In this document: piece by piece, positions 29,414 to 38,738 of the stretch | Numbering within the stretch: the first letter of the stretch is position 1 | Layout of the letters: each line of letters starts with the position of its first letter | Assembly: GCA_937877515.1 (NCBI GenBank) | Contig: CALFIX010000049.1 | Span: 7,485 to 71,484 of the forward strand | Direction of reading: 5' to 3' | Source of the DNA: an uncultured Treponema sp. | GTDB lineage: Bacteria; Spirochaetota; Spirochaetia; Treponematales; Treponemataceae | DNA: 64,000 nucleotides | Translations under genes and position numbers: made by a program | Notes under the pieces: model-generated | The model's database searches: none | What the model saw: only the letters and a program-made list of their open reading frames with translations | What the model was told of the DNA's origin: nothing

Positions 29414-30535
29414 ATGAATAAAAGAAAGTTTAAAAACAAAAAGGGGCTCGTTAAGCGAAAAATAAAGCGACTGCTTTCCAATCCTTTTTTTTACATTGGA
29501 ATTGTTGTTGTAATTTCTATATGTGTTGCAACCGTAGTTGTTTATTATTCTGAATCGGGGGGGCGTACTGATAGCGGCATAGTCGGTTGGTTTGATACCA
29601 TCTGGCATACGATAGTTGCTGTTTCTGCAGCTTATTTTGACTACTACGTAAAATCTGTTCCCGGACGCATGGCTTCTCTGGTTCTGCTTCTCTTTGGAAT
29701 GATAGTGTTTAGTTTTATTACCGGTAAAATTACATCCGGCTTCATGAATATCTTAATGAAAAATAACAAGGGGTTAAAAAAAATAAGAAAAATGAAAGGA
29801 CATTTTATAATTTGCGGCTGGAGGCCGGAATTTGAGAAAATTTTAGAAGCGGTGTTAAATTCTAACCCGGATATAAGTTCCGAGCAGATTGTTTTAGTAA
29901 ATGAAGCTCCTTCAGAGAGCATAGAGCAGCTTAAAACAAATCTCCTCTTTAAGGATGTAAGTTATATTTCCGGAGACCCTGCAGATGCCTCAGTGTTAAA
30001 AAAAGCTTTTGTAGACAGTGCAGACAGGGCCCTTATTATTTCTGATAAATCTAAAAAAAGAACTGACATAGAAACAGACTCAGAAACAGTCCTTACAGTT
30101 CTTGCAATTAAAAATGCAAATCCACAAATTTATACAGCTGCAGAAATAATAAACAAAAAGTTTGAGGAGCACTTGCGCCTGGCTCACTGTAACGAGATTC
30201 TGCTTACTCAGGAATACGAGCACAGCCTTTTGGCAAATGCTTCCAGTGGTCAGGGGTATAGTAACGTAATAAAAACCTTTATTGCAAATGATGCAGACTC
30301 AGGAATTATAATAGAGCCTATTCCTATGGCATTTATAGAAAAACCTTATTCAAAGCTTTTAGAGCATGTTTCTTCTGAGAAAGGAGAAGTTTTGGTAGGG
30401 CTCTTGCTGAATACAAAGCTTCCTCAAAAAGGTCAGGAAGAAGAGTTTTCCTATAATGAGCCTTTGTTAACGCCACCGGATGATTTTATTATTCCAAAAT
30501 ATTCAAAATCAATTTTGATTTGTAAAAATCACTAG
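29414..30535 (+). CDS. 2TM ion-channel-like protein with RCK (TrkA_N) domain, non-canonical pore
   Basis: TM1-pore helix-TM2 with PGR; HFIICGW RCK start; filter position reads SAAYFD. Confidence 0.8.
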   Translation: MNKRKFKNKKGLVKRKIKRLLSNPFFYIGIVVVISICVATVVVYYSESGGRTDSGIVGWFDTIWHTIVAVSAAYFDYYVKSVPGRMASLVLLLFGMIVFSFITGKITSGFMNILMKNNKGLKKIRKMKGHFIICGWRPEFEKILEAVLNSNPDISSEQIVLVNEAPSESIEQLKTNLLFKDVSYISGDPADASVLKKAFVDSADRALIISDKSKKRTDIETDSETVLTVLAIKNANPQIYTAAEIINKKFEEHLRLAHCNEILLTQEYEHSLLANASSGQGYSNVIKTFIANDADSGIIIEPIPMAFIEKPYSKLLEHVSSEKGEVLVGLLLNTKLPQKGQEEEFSYNEPLLTPPDDFIIPKYSKSILICKNH

Positions 30536-30550
30536 AAGGAGAAAATTGCC

Positions 30551-31762
30551 TTGAAGAAACGGAAAATAGAAGAGCACTCAAAAGAGAAAAAGAAAAAGAC
30601 GGTTTCTCTTTTTAAGAGGCTTAAGCTTTTTTTCTCTGATCCGATAACATTAATCTGTATTGGAATTGTCTTTTTAATTTTTATAGCGTGTATCGTAATC
30701 TATAATACAGAAACTAAAACTGGCAGTGGAATAGAAACTAAGTTTGACACCTTTTGGTTTATGTGCGTTGCTGTTTTTGCAAACTACTTTGAATACGTTT
30801 GCGAGTCTTTGCCGGGCCGTATGGCGGGTTGGACAATGCTGATGACAGGTCTTGTCCTGTTTGGCGTTATTACTGCAAAAATTGCTTCATTCTTTTTAGA
30901 TTTACAGATGAAAAATGATAAGGGGTTAAAGAAATTGAATTCTATGAAAGACCATTTTTTACTTTGCGGCTGGCGACCAGGATTTGAAAAAATATTAGAT
31001 AACCTTCTGGTATATAATCCGGACATTCTTCCTGATCAGATTGTGCTTATAAACGAAGCTCCCGAACAGATAGAAACTCTAAGGTCTAATCCCAAGTATA
31101 AGGATTTAAACTATGTTGCAGGGGATTTTACAGATGAAGCTGTCTTAAAAAGAGCGTACATAGAAACCGCAGGTAATGCACTTGTAATTTCTGACCGCTC
31201 AAAAGAATATTCAGACCTGGAAGTAGATAGCCGAACCGTTCTTGCTGTTTTAACCATGGAAAGTATGAGCCGTGGGCTTTACATTGCAGCTGAGCTTATA
31301 AGCGAAAAATTTGAAAAGCACCTAAAAATGGCTCACTGTGACGAAATTATTCTTACTCAGGAATATGAACGAAGTCTTCTTGCAACAGCATCCAGCGGAC
31401 AGGGGTATAGCAACGTTATAAATGCTTTAATAAATGATGATGCAGAAGTCGGTCTTTTAATTGGTGACATTCCAGAAAGCTTTATCGGACTTCCATATAA
31501 AAATTTAAAGGATTTTGCCTGGAATCTTCGTAAGGAAAACGGAATGCTTGTAGGCTTGCTTTTAAACTCCGGTAATTTTCATTTGCGCAGAATGGAAGCA
31601 ATACGGGAAGCCCAGAAAAATCCTAATATTTCATCGGTAATACAGGAGTTACAGAAAGTAAAAACTCTTGTAAGTAATGAACCACTTTTAACTCCTGATA
31701 ACGAGTTTATTGTTCCAAAAAATGCACGTGCAATTTATGTACGCGGAAAAAAGCAGGCCTAG
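30551..31762 (+). CDS. 2TM ion-channel-like protein with RCK domain, paralog, non-canonical pore
   Basis: Paralogous to the upstream ORF (HFLLCGW, AHCDEIILTQEYE); filter position reads FANYFE; AAGGAG-TTG start. Confidence 0.8.
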   Translation: MKKRKIEEHSKEKKKKTVSLFKRLKLFFSDPITLICIGIVFLIFIACIVIYNTETKTGSGIETKFDTFWFMCVAVFANYFEYVCESLPGRMAGWTMLMTGLVLFGVITAKIASFFLDLQMKNDKGLKKLNSMKDHFLLCGWRPGFEKILDNLLVYNPDILPDQIVLINEAPEQIETLRSNPKYKDLNYVAGDFTDEAVLKRAYIETAGNALVISDRSKEYSDLEVDSRTVLAVLTMESMSRGLYIAAELISEKFEKHLKMAHCDEIILTQEYERSLLATASSGQGYSNVINALINDDAEVGLLIGDIPESFIGLPYKNLKDFAWNLRKENGMLVGLLLNSGNFHLRRMEAIREAQKNPNISSVIQELQKVKTLVSNEPLLTPDNEFIVPKNARAIYVRGKKQA

Positions 31763-31774
31763 GAGAAAGTAAGT

Positions 31775-32290
31775 ATGGATTCGTTTGAGAAAGTTTTACC
31801 CAGATTAAAAAAAATCTCTCTTTTTGAAGAATTTGATATTTCTTCTGAAAGTGATAGAGAAATTTTACATGCAGTTTACAACGTGCTCTCCTTAAAGAAA
31901 TATAGAGCGAAAGAAACAATTATAAAGGAAGGGCAGGATGATGACCTCTTTTTTATTTTGTATGATGGTGAAGTTTTAATAACCAGAAAAACTCCTGCAG
32001 ATGATGTTATTGCGCTTGCAACCTTAAATGCAGAACAAAATATTTTCTTTGGAGAAATGACGTTGATAAGTAATAATCAGCGTTCTGCAACGGTAACTGC
32101 AAAAACTGATTGTCTGACATTAAGTGTTTCCGGAAAAAAGTTTCAGGAATTGTTTGAGATTTATCCAATTCTGGGGCTTAGAGTCTTAAAAGTCCTTTCC
32201 AGACAGCTTGCAAATACTGTCAGCGAAATGAATAAGGATAAGGCTGTTTTATACGAAGCTCTCTGTAATGAAATTAAAGACGGTGTTTAA
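31775..32290 (+). CDS. Stand-alone cyclic-nucleotide-binding domain protein
   Basis: IIKEGQ, FFGEMTL and RSATVTA phosphate-binding cassette; no HTH. Confidence 0.88.
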   Translation: MDSFEKVLPRLKKISLFEEFDISSESDREILHAVYNVLSLKKYRAKETIIKEGQDDDLFFILYDGEVLITRKTPADDVIALATLNAEQNIFFGEMTLISNNQRSATVTAKTDCLTLSVSGKKFQELFEIYPILGLRVLKVLSRQLANTVSEMNKDKAVLYEALCNEIKDGV

Positions 32291-32348
32291 CTAAAAAAAA
32301 ATATACAGATTAGTTGAAATTTATATAAAAAAAATATATTCTCCCTCT

Positions 32349-32591
32349 GCACATTTCAATGGAAGCAAGTAAAGAAGCATCTGCTTTGAAGCTTGCACTG
32401 AACGCCCAACGGTGTCAGTTTAGATGTGATGATGACATGTTTTAAAGCAAACTGTTACATTGCTTTGATAAAACGGCAAATATTTGCCGTACGTGAAACC
32501 ACTGAGAATATTTTCTTGGGAAGGGATCATCATCCCATAAAACTTTTTTAGGAAGCTTTTATGGAACTGGAGTCCGGAAACTTTGGTGTGC
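32349..32591 (+). ncRNA. Cobalamin riboswitch
   Basis: AATGGAA, CCACTG...GGGAAGG (32499-32524) and AGTCCGGAAAC (32571-32581) elements; P1 GCACA/TGTGC; promoter TTGAAA-17-TATTCT just upstream; precedes a TonB receptor. Confidence 0.82.
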
Positions 32592-32673
32592 GCGGGGACT
32601 TTTCCCCTTTATCTTCGTATGAGGATAAAAACTTTTTTTTTCGCATTTGGCGATTAGATGCGAGGAGTGTTCT

Positions 32674-33153
32674 ATGAAAGCAAAACGCTTTTCTTTTGGT
32701 CGCGTGGCTATAGTTGTATTGGCTTCGCTTTTTGTATTTGGATTTACAGGTTGTTCCTGGCTATCAAATCTTTTTGGAGATGATGTTACCGGAACTTATA
32801 CAAGCTCCTATGGTGATAGCTATGTTATTACATCAAGTACAATAACCTATAATGATGGCGGTTATGGTTATGACTGGGAAGGTGATGTTGTTGCAACAGA
32901 TAAGGATTCTGATACTGCTTCAGGTTACTTGTATGTAAAGTATACGTCTGTAGGTACAGAGTTAGACAGTTCTTTAGTTGGAAATTATACTGCTATTCAT
33001 TATAAAGATTTATCTGATACTGGTGCTTTACTGTCTAATGCATATAAATATAATTATGATTCTTACAAATCTGACTTATCAGAAGCAAAATCAGAGTTTA
33101 CCGTAGATAACGGATATTTTTCGTGCTATGGTGAATATGCAAGATCTAACTAA
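32674..33153 (+). CDS. Lipoprotein, probably cobalamin-regulated
   Basis: Lipobox FTGC; GAGGAG RBS; first gene after the riboswitch. Confidence 0.75.
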   Translation: MKAKRFSFGRVAIVVLASLFVFGFTGCSWLSNLFGDDVTGTYTSSYGDSYVITSSTITYNDGGYGYDWEGDVVATDKDSDTASGYLYVKYTSVGTELDSSLVGNYTAIHYKDLSDTGALLSNAYKYNYDSYKSDLSEAKSEFTVDNGYFSCYGEYARSN

Positions 33154-33187
33154 GCTTTAATAAAAATATTGTTTTTAAACGAATTTT

Positions 33188-33258
33188 GGGGGCTGTCATA
33201 TAAGTTTCTTCTATAAGCAATAGAACATTGCTATAGAAAATTTTATATAGCCCCTTTT
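33188..33258 (+). other. Long intercistronic hairpin (terminator or mRNA stabiliser)
   Basis: GGGGCT...AGCCCC-TTTT outer stem with TTCTATA/TATAGAA and GCAAT/ATTGC inner stems. Confidence 0.55.
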
Positions 33259-33267
33259 GTGTTTTTT

Positions 33268-35151
33268 ATGAAAAAAAAAGTTTTATTTTTTATTGCACTC
33301 TTATTGTTTACTCCTGTAATTGCACAGGAAGCTGAGGTTAGTGATGATAGCGAATATGACAGTACAATAGTTCTTCCTCATATTTACACTTACATCGAAA
33401 AACCTCTTGTAGAGCAGCGACAGGTTTTTACGAGTGAAGAAATTGAAGCTTTTCACGTGTCGTCTCTCCCCGAGCTTTTTAATGCAGCCGGCGTTCAGGT
33501 TTTAAGTTACGGTGCTTACGGGCTTTTATCCAAGCCCAGTATACGTGGTTTTACTGATGAAACAGTTATTGTTGTACTTGACGGCGTAATTGTAAACAAT
33601 GCTCAAAACGGCACTTTTGATTTTACAAGTATTTCTCCGAGTGAAATTGAAAAAATAGAAATTGTCCGCGGTGGTTTTACAGAAGGTGTAACGGGTGAAG
33701 GTTCTGTAGGCGGCGTCATATACATTACGACAAAGAAGCAGACTTTAGGACAAAACTTTTCTTCTGACATTTTTTCTAAAACGTATTTTAATAAAGAATG
33801 GCCTGTAGATACGGTGGGGCTCTCTTTTTCCTATTCCGGTCAAACTGGGGAAGCGTCGTTTTTAAAGACAAACATAAAGGGCACTTTTGCAGAAAATGCT
33901 TTCCTGTATAAAGCGTACGACGGAACTACGAGGGCTAGAGAACATTCCTGCGTTTATGACGGAAACTTTTCTTCGTCTTTCATGCATTACTTTGGAAGCG
34001 GTTCCTACTGGAGCATAAGTGATCTTTTTTATGCTGGGTATAAGAATACTCCAAATACAGAAACCAGCACTGTTTACGGACTTCAGCAGGATTACAACAA
34101 TAACTTAACGGCATCTTTAGTTTTCCCGTCTTTATGTGCCTTGGAAAAGACTGATTTTACCTTGAGTTATCAGAGCTCAAATGAGTTTTATAGCGACACG
34201 GCCTCCAGCGACAGTAAGCACATTTTAAATACTGGTGTTTTTACCGGCAGCACATGCTGGAGTGCTAAAGATTTTTTTGAAGAAAAAGTTGGATTAACTT
34301 TAAGTCTTGACTCACTTAATTCAACTGATGACGGAAGCCATACTCTTTTTAGCGGAACGTTAAAAGAAACAAGTAAAGTCTTTTTAGGAAAGATTTTTTC
34401 TTTTTCTGTTCCTCTTAGTTTTTCGTTTAGCGGAGAAAATTTTGCTTTTATTCCAAAAATGGGCGGAAAACTTTCATTTTACTTTGTTGATGTGATGCTT
34501 AACTTTTACCGCATGGTTCAATTTCCTATAATGAATGACCTGTACTGGGCGTACGACGGTTATTCTGAGGGAAACCCGGATCTGGAGCCTGAAAAAGGGT
34601 GGGGCGGAGAGCTTACATTTAACGCAAAAAATATTTTTATTCCCTTTAGCTTTTGCATTTACTCAAATTATTATGCACAGAAAATTCAGTGGGCACAAAA
34701 TAACGGCATCTGGAGACCGGAAAATGTTGCAAGTGCTTTTTACTTAGGCTTTAACTTGACGGCAGAGAAAACTCTGTGGAGCATTCTAACACTTAGGGGA
34801 AATGCAGAGTATTTATATACAGCACTTTTAGATGAGTCAGAGTCCTTAACGTATGGAAAACGCATAATGTATACGCCAGATTTAGTTGCTTCCTTAACTG
34901 CTGTTTTATCACTTAATTTTTTAGATTTTACGCTTGAAGCAAATTATACGGGTAAGAGGTATATTTCTAATTTAAATATTTCTTACCTTAAGCCGTATCT
35001 TCTTTTAAATGCAAGTGCTACTCTTAAGAGTTGGAATGTAGTAAAACCCTACTTTAGACTAGATAATATCTTAAATGTGGATTATGAGTCTGTTCCTAAC
35101 TATCCTATGCCAGGAATATCTTTAACTGTGGGAGTAAAGTCTTCTTTCTAG
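33268..35151 (+). CDS. btuB: TonB-dependent outer-membrane receptor, BtuB-like
   Basis: Plug motifs SIRGF, IEKIEIVRGG, GGVIYITTK; GNPDLEPEKG; DNILN; C-terminal Phe; B12 riboswitch upstream. Confidence 0.8.
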   Translation: MKKKVLFFIALLLFTPVIAQEAEVSDDSEYDSTIVLPHIYTYIEKPLVEQRQVFTSEEIEAFHVSSLPELFNAAGVQVLSYGAYGLLSKPSIRGFTDETVIVVLDGVIVNNAQNGTFDFTSISPSEIEKIEIVRGGFTEGVTGEGSVGGVIYITTKKQTLGQNFSSDIFSKTYFNKEWPVDTVGLSFSYSGQTGEASFLKTNIKGTFAENAFLYKAYDGTTRAREHSCVYDGNFSSSFMHYFGSGSYWSISDLFYAGYKNTPNTETSTVYGLQQDYNNNLTASLVFPSLCALEKTDFTLSYQSSNEFYSDTASSDSKHILNTGVFTGSTCWSAKDFFEEKVGLTLSLDSLNSTDDGSHTLFSGTLKETSKVFLGKIFSFSVPLSFSFSGENFAFIPKMGGKLSFYFVDVMLNFYRMVQFPIMNDLYWAYDGYSEGNPDLEPEKGWGGELTFNAKNIFIPFSFCIYSNYYAQKIQWAQNNGIWRPENVASAFYLGFNLTAEKTLWSILTLRGNAEYLYTALLDESESLTYGKRIMYTPDLVASLTAVLSLNFLDFTLEANYTGKRYISNLNISYLKPYLLLNASATLKSWNVVKPYFRLDNILNVDYESVPNYPMPGISLTVGVKSSF

Positions 35152-35233
35152 AGAGCTTTCGCTGAGTGGTAAAAAGCCTTACAATGCTATATAATCTTTT
35201 GTAAAAGCTAAAAAGCTTTTATTAGGAGTTATT

Positions 35234-37318
35234 ATGAAGAAGCAGTTGGGGATTAAAACTCGAATAATTCTTTCTTTTGCAGGTTTAATTCTTTTTACTT
35301 CACTGGTTATTGTTAGTTTATCGTACGGAAAATCTCGAGACGAATTAAAAAAATCTGTAGAAAAGCAGCTTTTAAGTTTGGCGCAGACTGTAGGTTCAGA
35401 AATTGAATCTATAAACGCAAAACACTTTATGCTTGTAGAGTCTTGTGCAAATTTGGGGCCTGTAAGAGGTAGTGATTTAAGTCTTTATGAAAAATGGCTT
35501 TTAGTAAATACTGCAACAGGAAAAAATGATCAGTACTATGGTCTTGTTTTTTGTGACGAAAAAGGTGTTGGTTACGGAAGTAAGGGTAACTGGAACGATT
35601 TACACGAGAGAGACTATATGGCTCATGCCATGAAGGGTGAGCATTTTATAATGGATCCCAACTGGTCAAAAGTCATAAACAGTTTATGCACGTACTATGC
35701 AGTGCCTGTTTTAAATGACAGTGGTAAGCAAATTGCAGAAGTTGCCGCAGTAGTTGATGCAACTGATTTATGTCACACGATGAAAGAAATTGTTGTCGGA
35801 GAAAATTCTCATCCTTTTGTAATGAATCGCACTACCGGAAAATTTGTTGCCCACGAAAATGAGGAGCTGGTTAAGGGTGGTGAAGCCGTTTCAGAAAATA
35901 TTCCCAAAGGTTTTGCCGGCGTTCTTGAAAAAATAAATGCTGGAGAAAGCGGCGTAGAGGTTTTTTATGATGAACTTGCCTCAGAAAAATACGCCGTGTC
36001 TTTCATGCCTATAGACGGTACTTCCTGGACTGCAGTCTGCTATGCTCCCTATACAGACTTTTACAGCGGGCTTCTGAAGCTCCTGAACGCAATGATTTTA
36101 ATTACAGCCGTGGCAATTGTTCTTTCTCTTATTGTTGGGCTTTGCGTTGTTAACTTTTCCCTTCGTCCCCTTAAAAAAGTAAGCGGTGCAATAAATGGAA
36201 TTGCCTCTGGAGAGGCTGATTTAACACGCCGTCTTGAGGCAACTACTAAAGATGAGATAGGAAACGTTGTAAACGGCTTTAATGCATTTAGTGAAAAGCT
36301 GCAGAAAATAATCGGAGATGTGAAATTTTCTAAGGACGATTTAGTAAGTGCCGGAGAAGACATGACAACTGTCTCTGTAGAAACTGCAAGCTCAATTACA
36401 GAAATTATTGCAAACATTCAGAGCATGCATAAGCAAATAGACACTCAGAGCCAGAGCGTAAGCCAGACGGCAGGTGCTGTAAACGAAATAGCTTCAAACA
36501 TTGAATCTTTAGAGCGCATGATAGAAAGTCAGAGTAACGGCGTAAGTCAGGCAAGTGCGGCTGTAGAAGAGATGATTGGAAACATTGTTTCTGTAAACGG
36601 TTCTATGGACAAAATGGCAAATTCCTTTATGGAGCTTAGGGAAAATTCTCAAGCAGGTTTTAGTAAGCAGGCTGCCGTAAATGAACAGGTTAAGGAAATA
36701 GAAGCTCAGTCAAATATGCTTCAGGAAGCAAACCTTGCGATTTCCAGCATTGCAGAACAGACAAATCTTCTTGCAATGAATGCCGCCATAGAAGCAGCTC
36801 ATGCAGGAGAAGCAGGTAAAGGTTTTGCTGTTGTAGCAGATGAAATACGTAAACTTTCTGAAACTTCTACGGCTCAGAGTAAGACTATAGGCCTTCAGCT
36901 TAACAACATAAAAGATTCCATTAATGAAGTTGTAAATGCAAGCGGTGAGGCAAGTAAAGCCTTTGAGGCTGTTTCTAAAAAACTGGAAGAAACAGATGCT
37001 CTTGTAATGCAAATAAAAGCTGCAATGGAAGAGCAGCAGGAAGGTTCTCATCAGATTACAGACGCATTGCATAATATGAATGACAGTACTGTAGAAGTTC
37101 GCACGGCTTCAAGCGAAATGGCAGAAGGCAACCGGATGATTCTGGAAGAGGTAAGAAATTTGCAGGATGCAACAGGTGTAATGAAAGAAAGCATGGAAGA
37201 AATGAGCATTGGTGCAAAAAAAATAAACGAAACTGGTGCTACCTTAAGTACAATCTCCGGTAGGGTTAAGGACTCTATTGAAAAAATAGGAAGCCAGGTG
37301 GATTTGTTTAAGGTGTAA
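35234..37318 (+). CDS. Methyl-accepting chemotaxis protein (Cache sensor, HAMP)
   Basis: Two TMs, HAMP domain, [36 protein letters not shown]. Confidence 0.95.
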   Translation: MKKQLGIKTRIILSFAGLILFTSLVIVSLSYGKSRDELKKSVEKQLLSLAQTVGSEIESINAKHFMLVESCANLGPVRGSDLSLYEKWLLVNTATGKNDQYYGLVFCDEKGVGYGSKGNWNDLHERDYMAHAMKGEHFIMDPNWSKVINSLCTYYAVPVLNDSGKQIAEVAAVVDATDLCHTMKEIVVGENSHPFVMNRTTGKFVAHENEELVKGGEAVSENIPKGFAGVLEKINAGESGVEVFYDELASEKYAVSFMPIDGTSWTAVCYAPYTDFYSGLLKLLNAMILITAVAIVLSLIVGLCVVNFSLRPLKKVSGAINGIASGEADLTRRLEATTKDEIGNVVNGFNAFSEKLQKIIGDVKFSKDDLVSAGEDMTTVSVETASSITEIIANIQSMHKQIDTQSQSVSQTAGAVNEIASNIESLERMIESQSNGVSQASAAVEEMIGNIVSVNGSMDKMANSFMELRENSQAGFSKQAAVNEQVKEIEAQSNMLQEANLAISSIAEQTNLLAMNAAIEAAHAGEAGKGFAVVADEIRKLSETSTAQSKTIGLQLNNIKDSINEVVNASGEASKAFEAVSKKLEETDALVMQIKAAMEEQQEGSHQITDALHNMNDSTVEVRTASSEMAEGNRMILEEVRNLQDATGVMKESMEEMSIGAKKINETGATLSTISGRVKDSIEKIGSQVDLFKV

Positions 37319-37339
37319 ATTTTTTTTTGTAAATTTCTA

Positions 37340-37369
37340 TTGACAGAAACATTTTTGTTGTGTTATAGT
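37340..37369 (+). promoter_or_regulatory. sigma70 promoter of aro leader
   Basis: TTGACA-18 nt-TATAGT with extended TGn. Confidence 0.75.
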
Positions 37370-37375
37370 GCAGCT

Positions 37376-37480
37376 ATGAAACACGTTACCCGTTGGGCAG
37401 AAATTATCAATAACTCTACGCTGGCTTACTTTTACTTTAGCTTTTATTGGTTTTCTCTTGCTTTGCGGAAGATGCGCTAG
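37376..37480 (+). CDS. Aromatic-amino-acid attenuator leader peptide MKHVTRWAEIINNSTLAYFYFSFYWFSLALRKMR (34 aa)
   Basis: ATG 37376 to TAG 37480; YFYFSFYWF tract; upstream of terminator and aroF-tyrA. Confidence 0.85.
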   Translation: MKHVTRWAEIINNSTLAYFYFSFYWFSLALRKMR

Positions 37481-37521
37481 TGCACAAGCGTATTTTAGTG
37501 TTTACTGGTAGTGGTAAATCT

Positions 37522-37555
37522 AGAGCCTTCCGCAGAAACGGAAGGCTCTTTTTTT
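37522..37555 (+). terminator. Attenuator terminator upstream of aroF
   Basis: AGAGCCTTCCG-cagaaa-CGGAAGGCTCT then T-tract; 5' arm complementary to leader 37462-37471. Confidence 0.88.
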
Positions 37556-37561
37556 ATGGAA

Positions 37562-37632
37562 ATGAGGCCGGCATGGAGGCCCCTGTTGCGAAGCAATGAG
37601 CGAACAGCGAAGGCCGGAACGCCGTAATAAGA
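37562..37632 (+). repeat. Intergenic nested-hairpin repeat, family B
   Basis: Ends ATGAGGCCGGC ... GCCGTAATAAGA identical to those of the element at 55098-55260. Confidence 0.65.
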
Positions 37633-37703
37633 GGGTATGTTTTTTTACTGTAAGAGTGTTCAGAAGTAAAAAAAGACTGCCGTACAATATCAAGGAGAAA
37701 AAA

Positions 37704-38738
37704 ATGATTATCGTACTTAAAAAGGGAACAAGCAAACCTCAGATTGACAATTTTGTTTCTGAAGTAAAGGAGAAAGGTCTTGGCGTTCATGTGAGCGAAG
37801 GTAAGGAAATTACAATCGTTGGTCTTTTAGGAGACACGAGCAAGCTTGACCCTAAGGATTTTCTTGCCAATGAGATTGTAGAAAGTGCAGAGCGTGTTTC
37901 AGCTCCATATAAAATGGCAAGCAGAAGCTTCCATCCGGCTGACACCGTTGTTATGGTTGGTGAAGGCCAGAGCGGTGTTACTCCATGTCCTGTGGGAGAT
38001 AAAAAAATAATTCCTTTAATTGCAGGCCCTTGTTCTGTAGAAAATGAAGAACAGATTATGGATGCAGCCCGTGCAGTTAAAAAAGCCGGTGCCCGTATTT
38101 TGCGTGGTGGAGCATACAAGCCCCGTACTTCTCCTTACAGCTTTCAGGGGCTCGGAAAGGAGGGCATAGACTTGCTTTTGAAAGCTAAAAAAGAAACCGG
38201 TCTTCCTATTTGCACGGAGTTAATGGCAATTAGCGAGATGAAATATTTTGAAGATGTAGATTTAATTCAGATTGGAGCAAGAAACTTTCAAAACTTTGAC
38301 CTTCTTAAGGAAGTTGGAAAATTTGGTAAACCTGTTTTGCTAAAGAGGGGATTAAGTGGTACTATAAGTGAGCTTTTGATGAGTGCAGAATATATTATGG
38401 CAAACGGTAATGAAAACGTTATTCTCTGCGAACGCGGTATCCGTACTTATGATAATTACACCCGTAACTGTCTTGATTTGAGTGCTGTTCCATACCTGCA
38501 TAAAGTTAGCCACCTGCCGATTGTCATTGACCCAAGCCATGCCTGTGGTATACGCTGGATGGTAGGAGACCTTGCAAAGGCTGCTGTAGCAATTGGAGCA
38601 GATGGTCTTGAAATAGAAGTTCACTGCAACCCGGATAAAGCTTTGAGCGATGCAAGCCAGCAGCTTACACCAAGTCAGTTTGAAGAACTTATGACAAAAC
38701 TTAATAAAATTGCTGCAGTAGAAGACAGGACAATGTAA
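37704..38738 (+). CDS. aroF: 3-deoxy-7-phosphoheptulonate (DAHP) synthase, type I-beta with N-terminal regulatory domain
   Basis: IAGPCSVE, RGGAYKPRTSPYSFQG, QIGARN, ERGIRT, DPSH; AAGGAG RBS before ATG 37704. Confidence 0.95.
   Translation: MIIVLKKGTSKPQIDNFVSEVKEKGLGVHVSEGKEITIVGLLGDTSKLDPKDFLANEIVESAERVSAPYKMASRSFHPADTVVMVGEGQSGVTPCPVGDKKIIPLIAGPCSVENEEQIMDAARAVKKAGARILRGGAYKPRTSPYSFQGLGKEGIDLLLKAKKETGLPICTELMAISEMKYFEDVDLIQIGARNFQNFDLLKEVGKFGKPVLLKRGLSGTISELLMSAEYIMANGNENVILCERGIRTYDNYTRNCLDLSAVPYLHKVSHLPIVIDPSHACGIRWMVGDLAKAAVAIGADGLEIEVHCNPDKALSDASQQLTPSQFEELMTKLNKIAAVEDRTM

Noticed and set aside
37596..37703. N-terminal extension of AroF in the ORF track (likewise pnp 55289, M16 57489, GH3 11572)
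   Set aside because: These upstream starts fall in repeats, terminators or leader DNA; downstream ATGs match family N-termini and mostly have SD sequences
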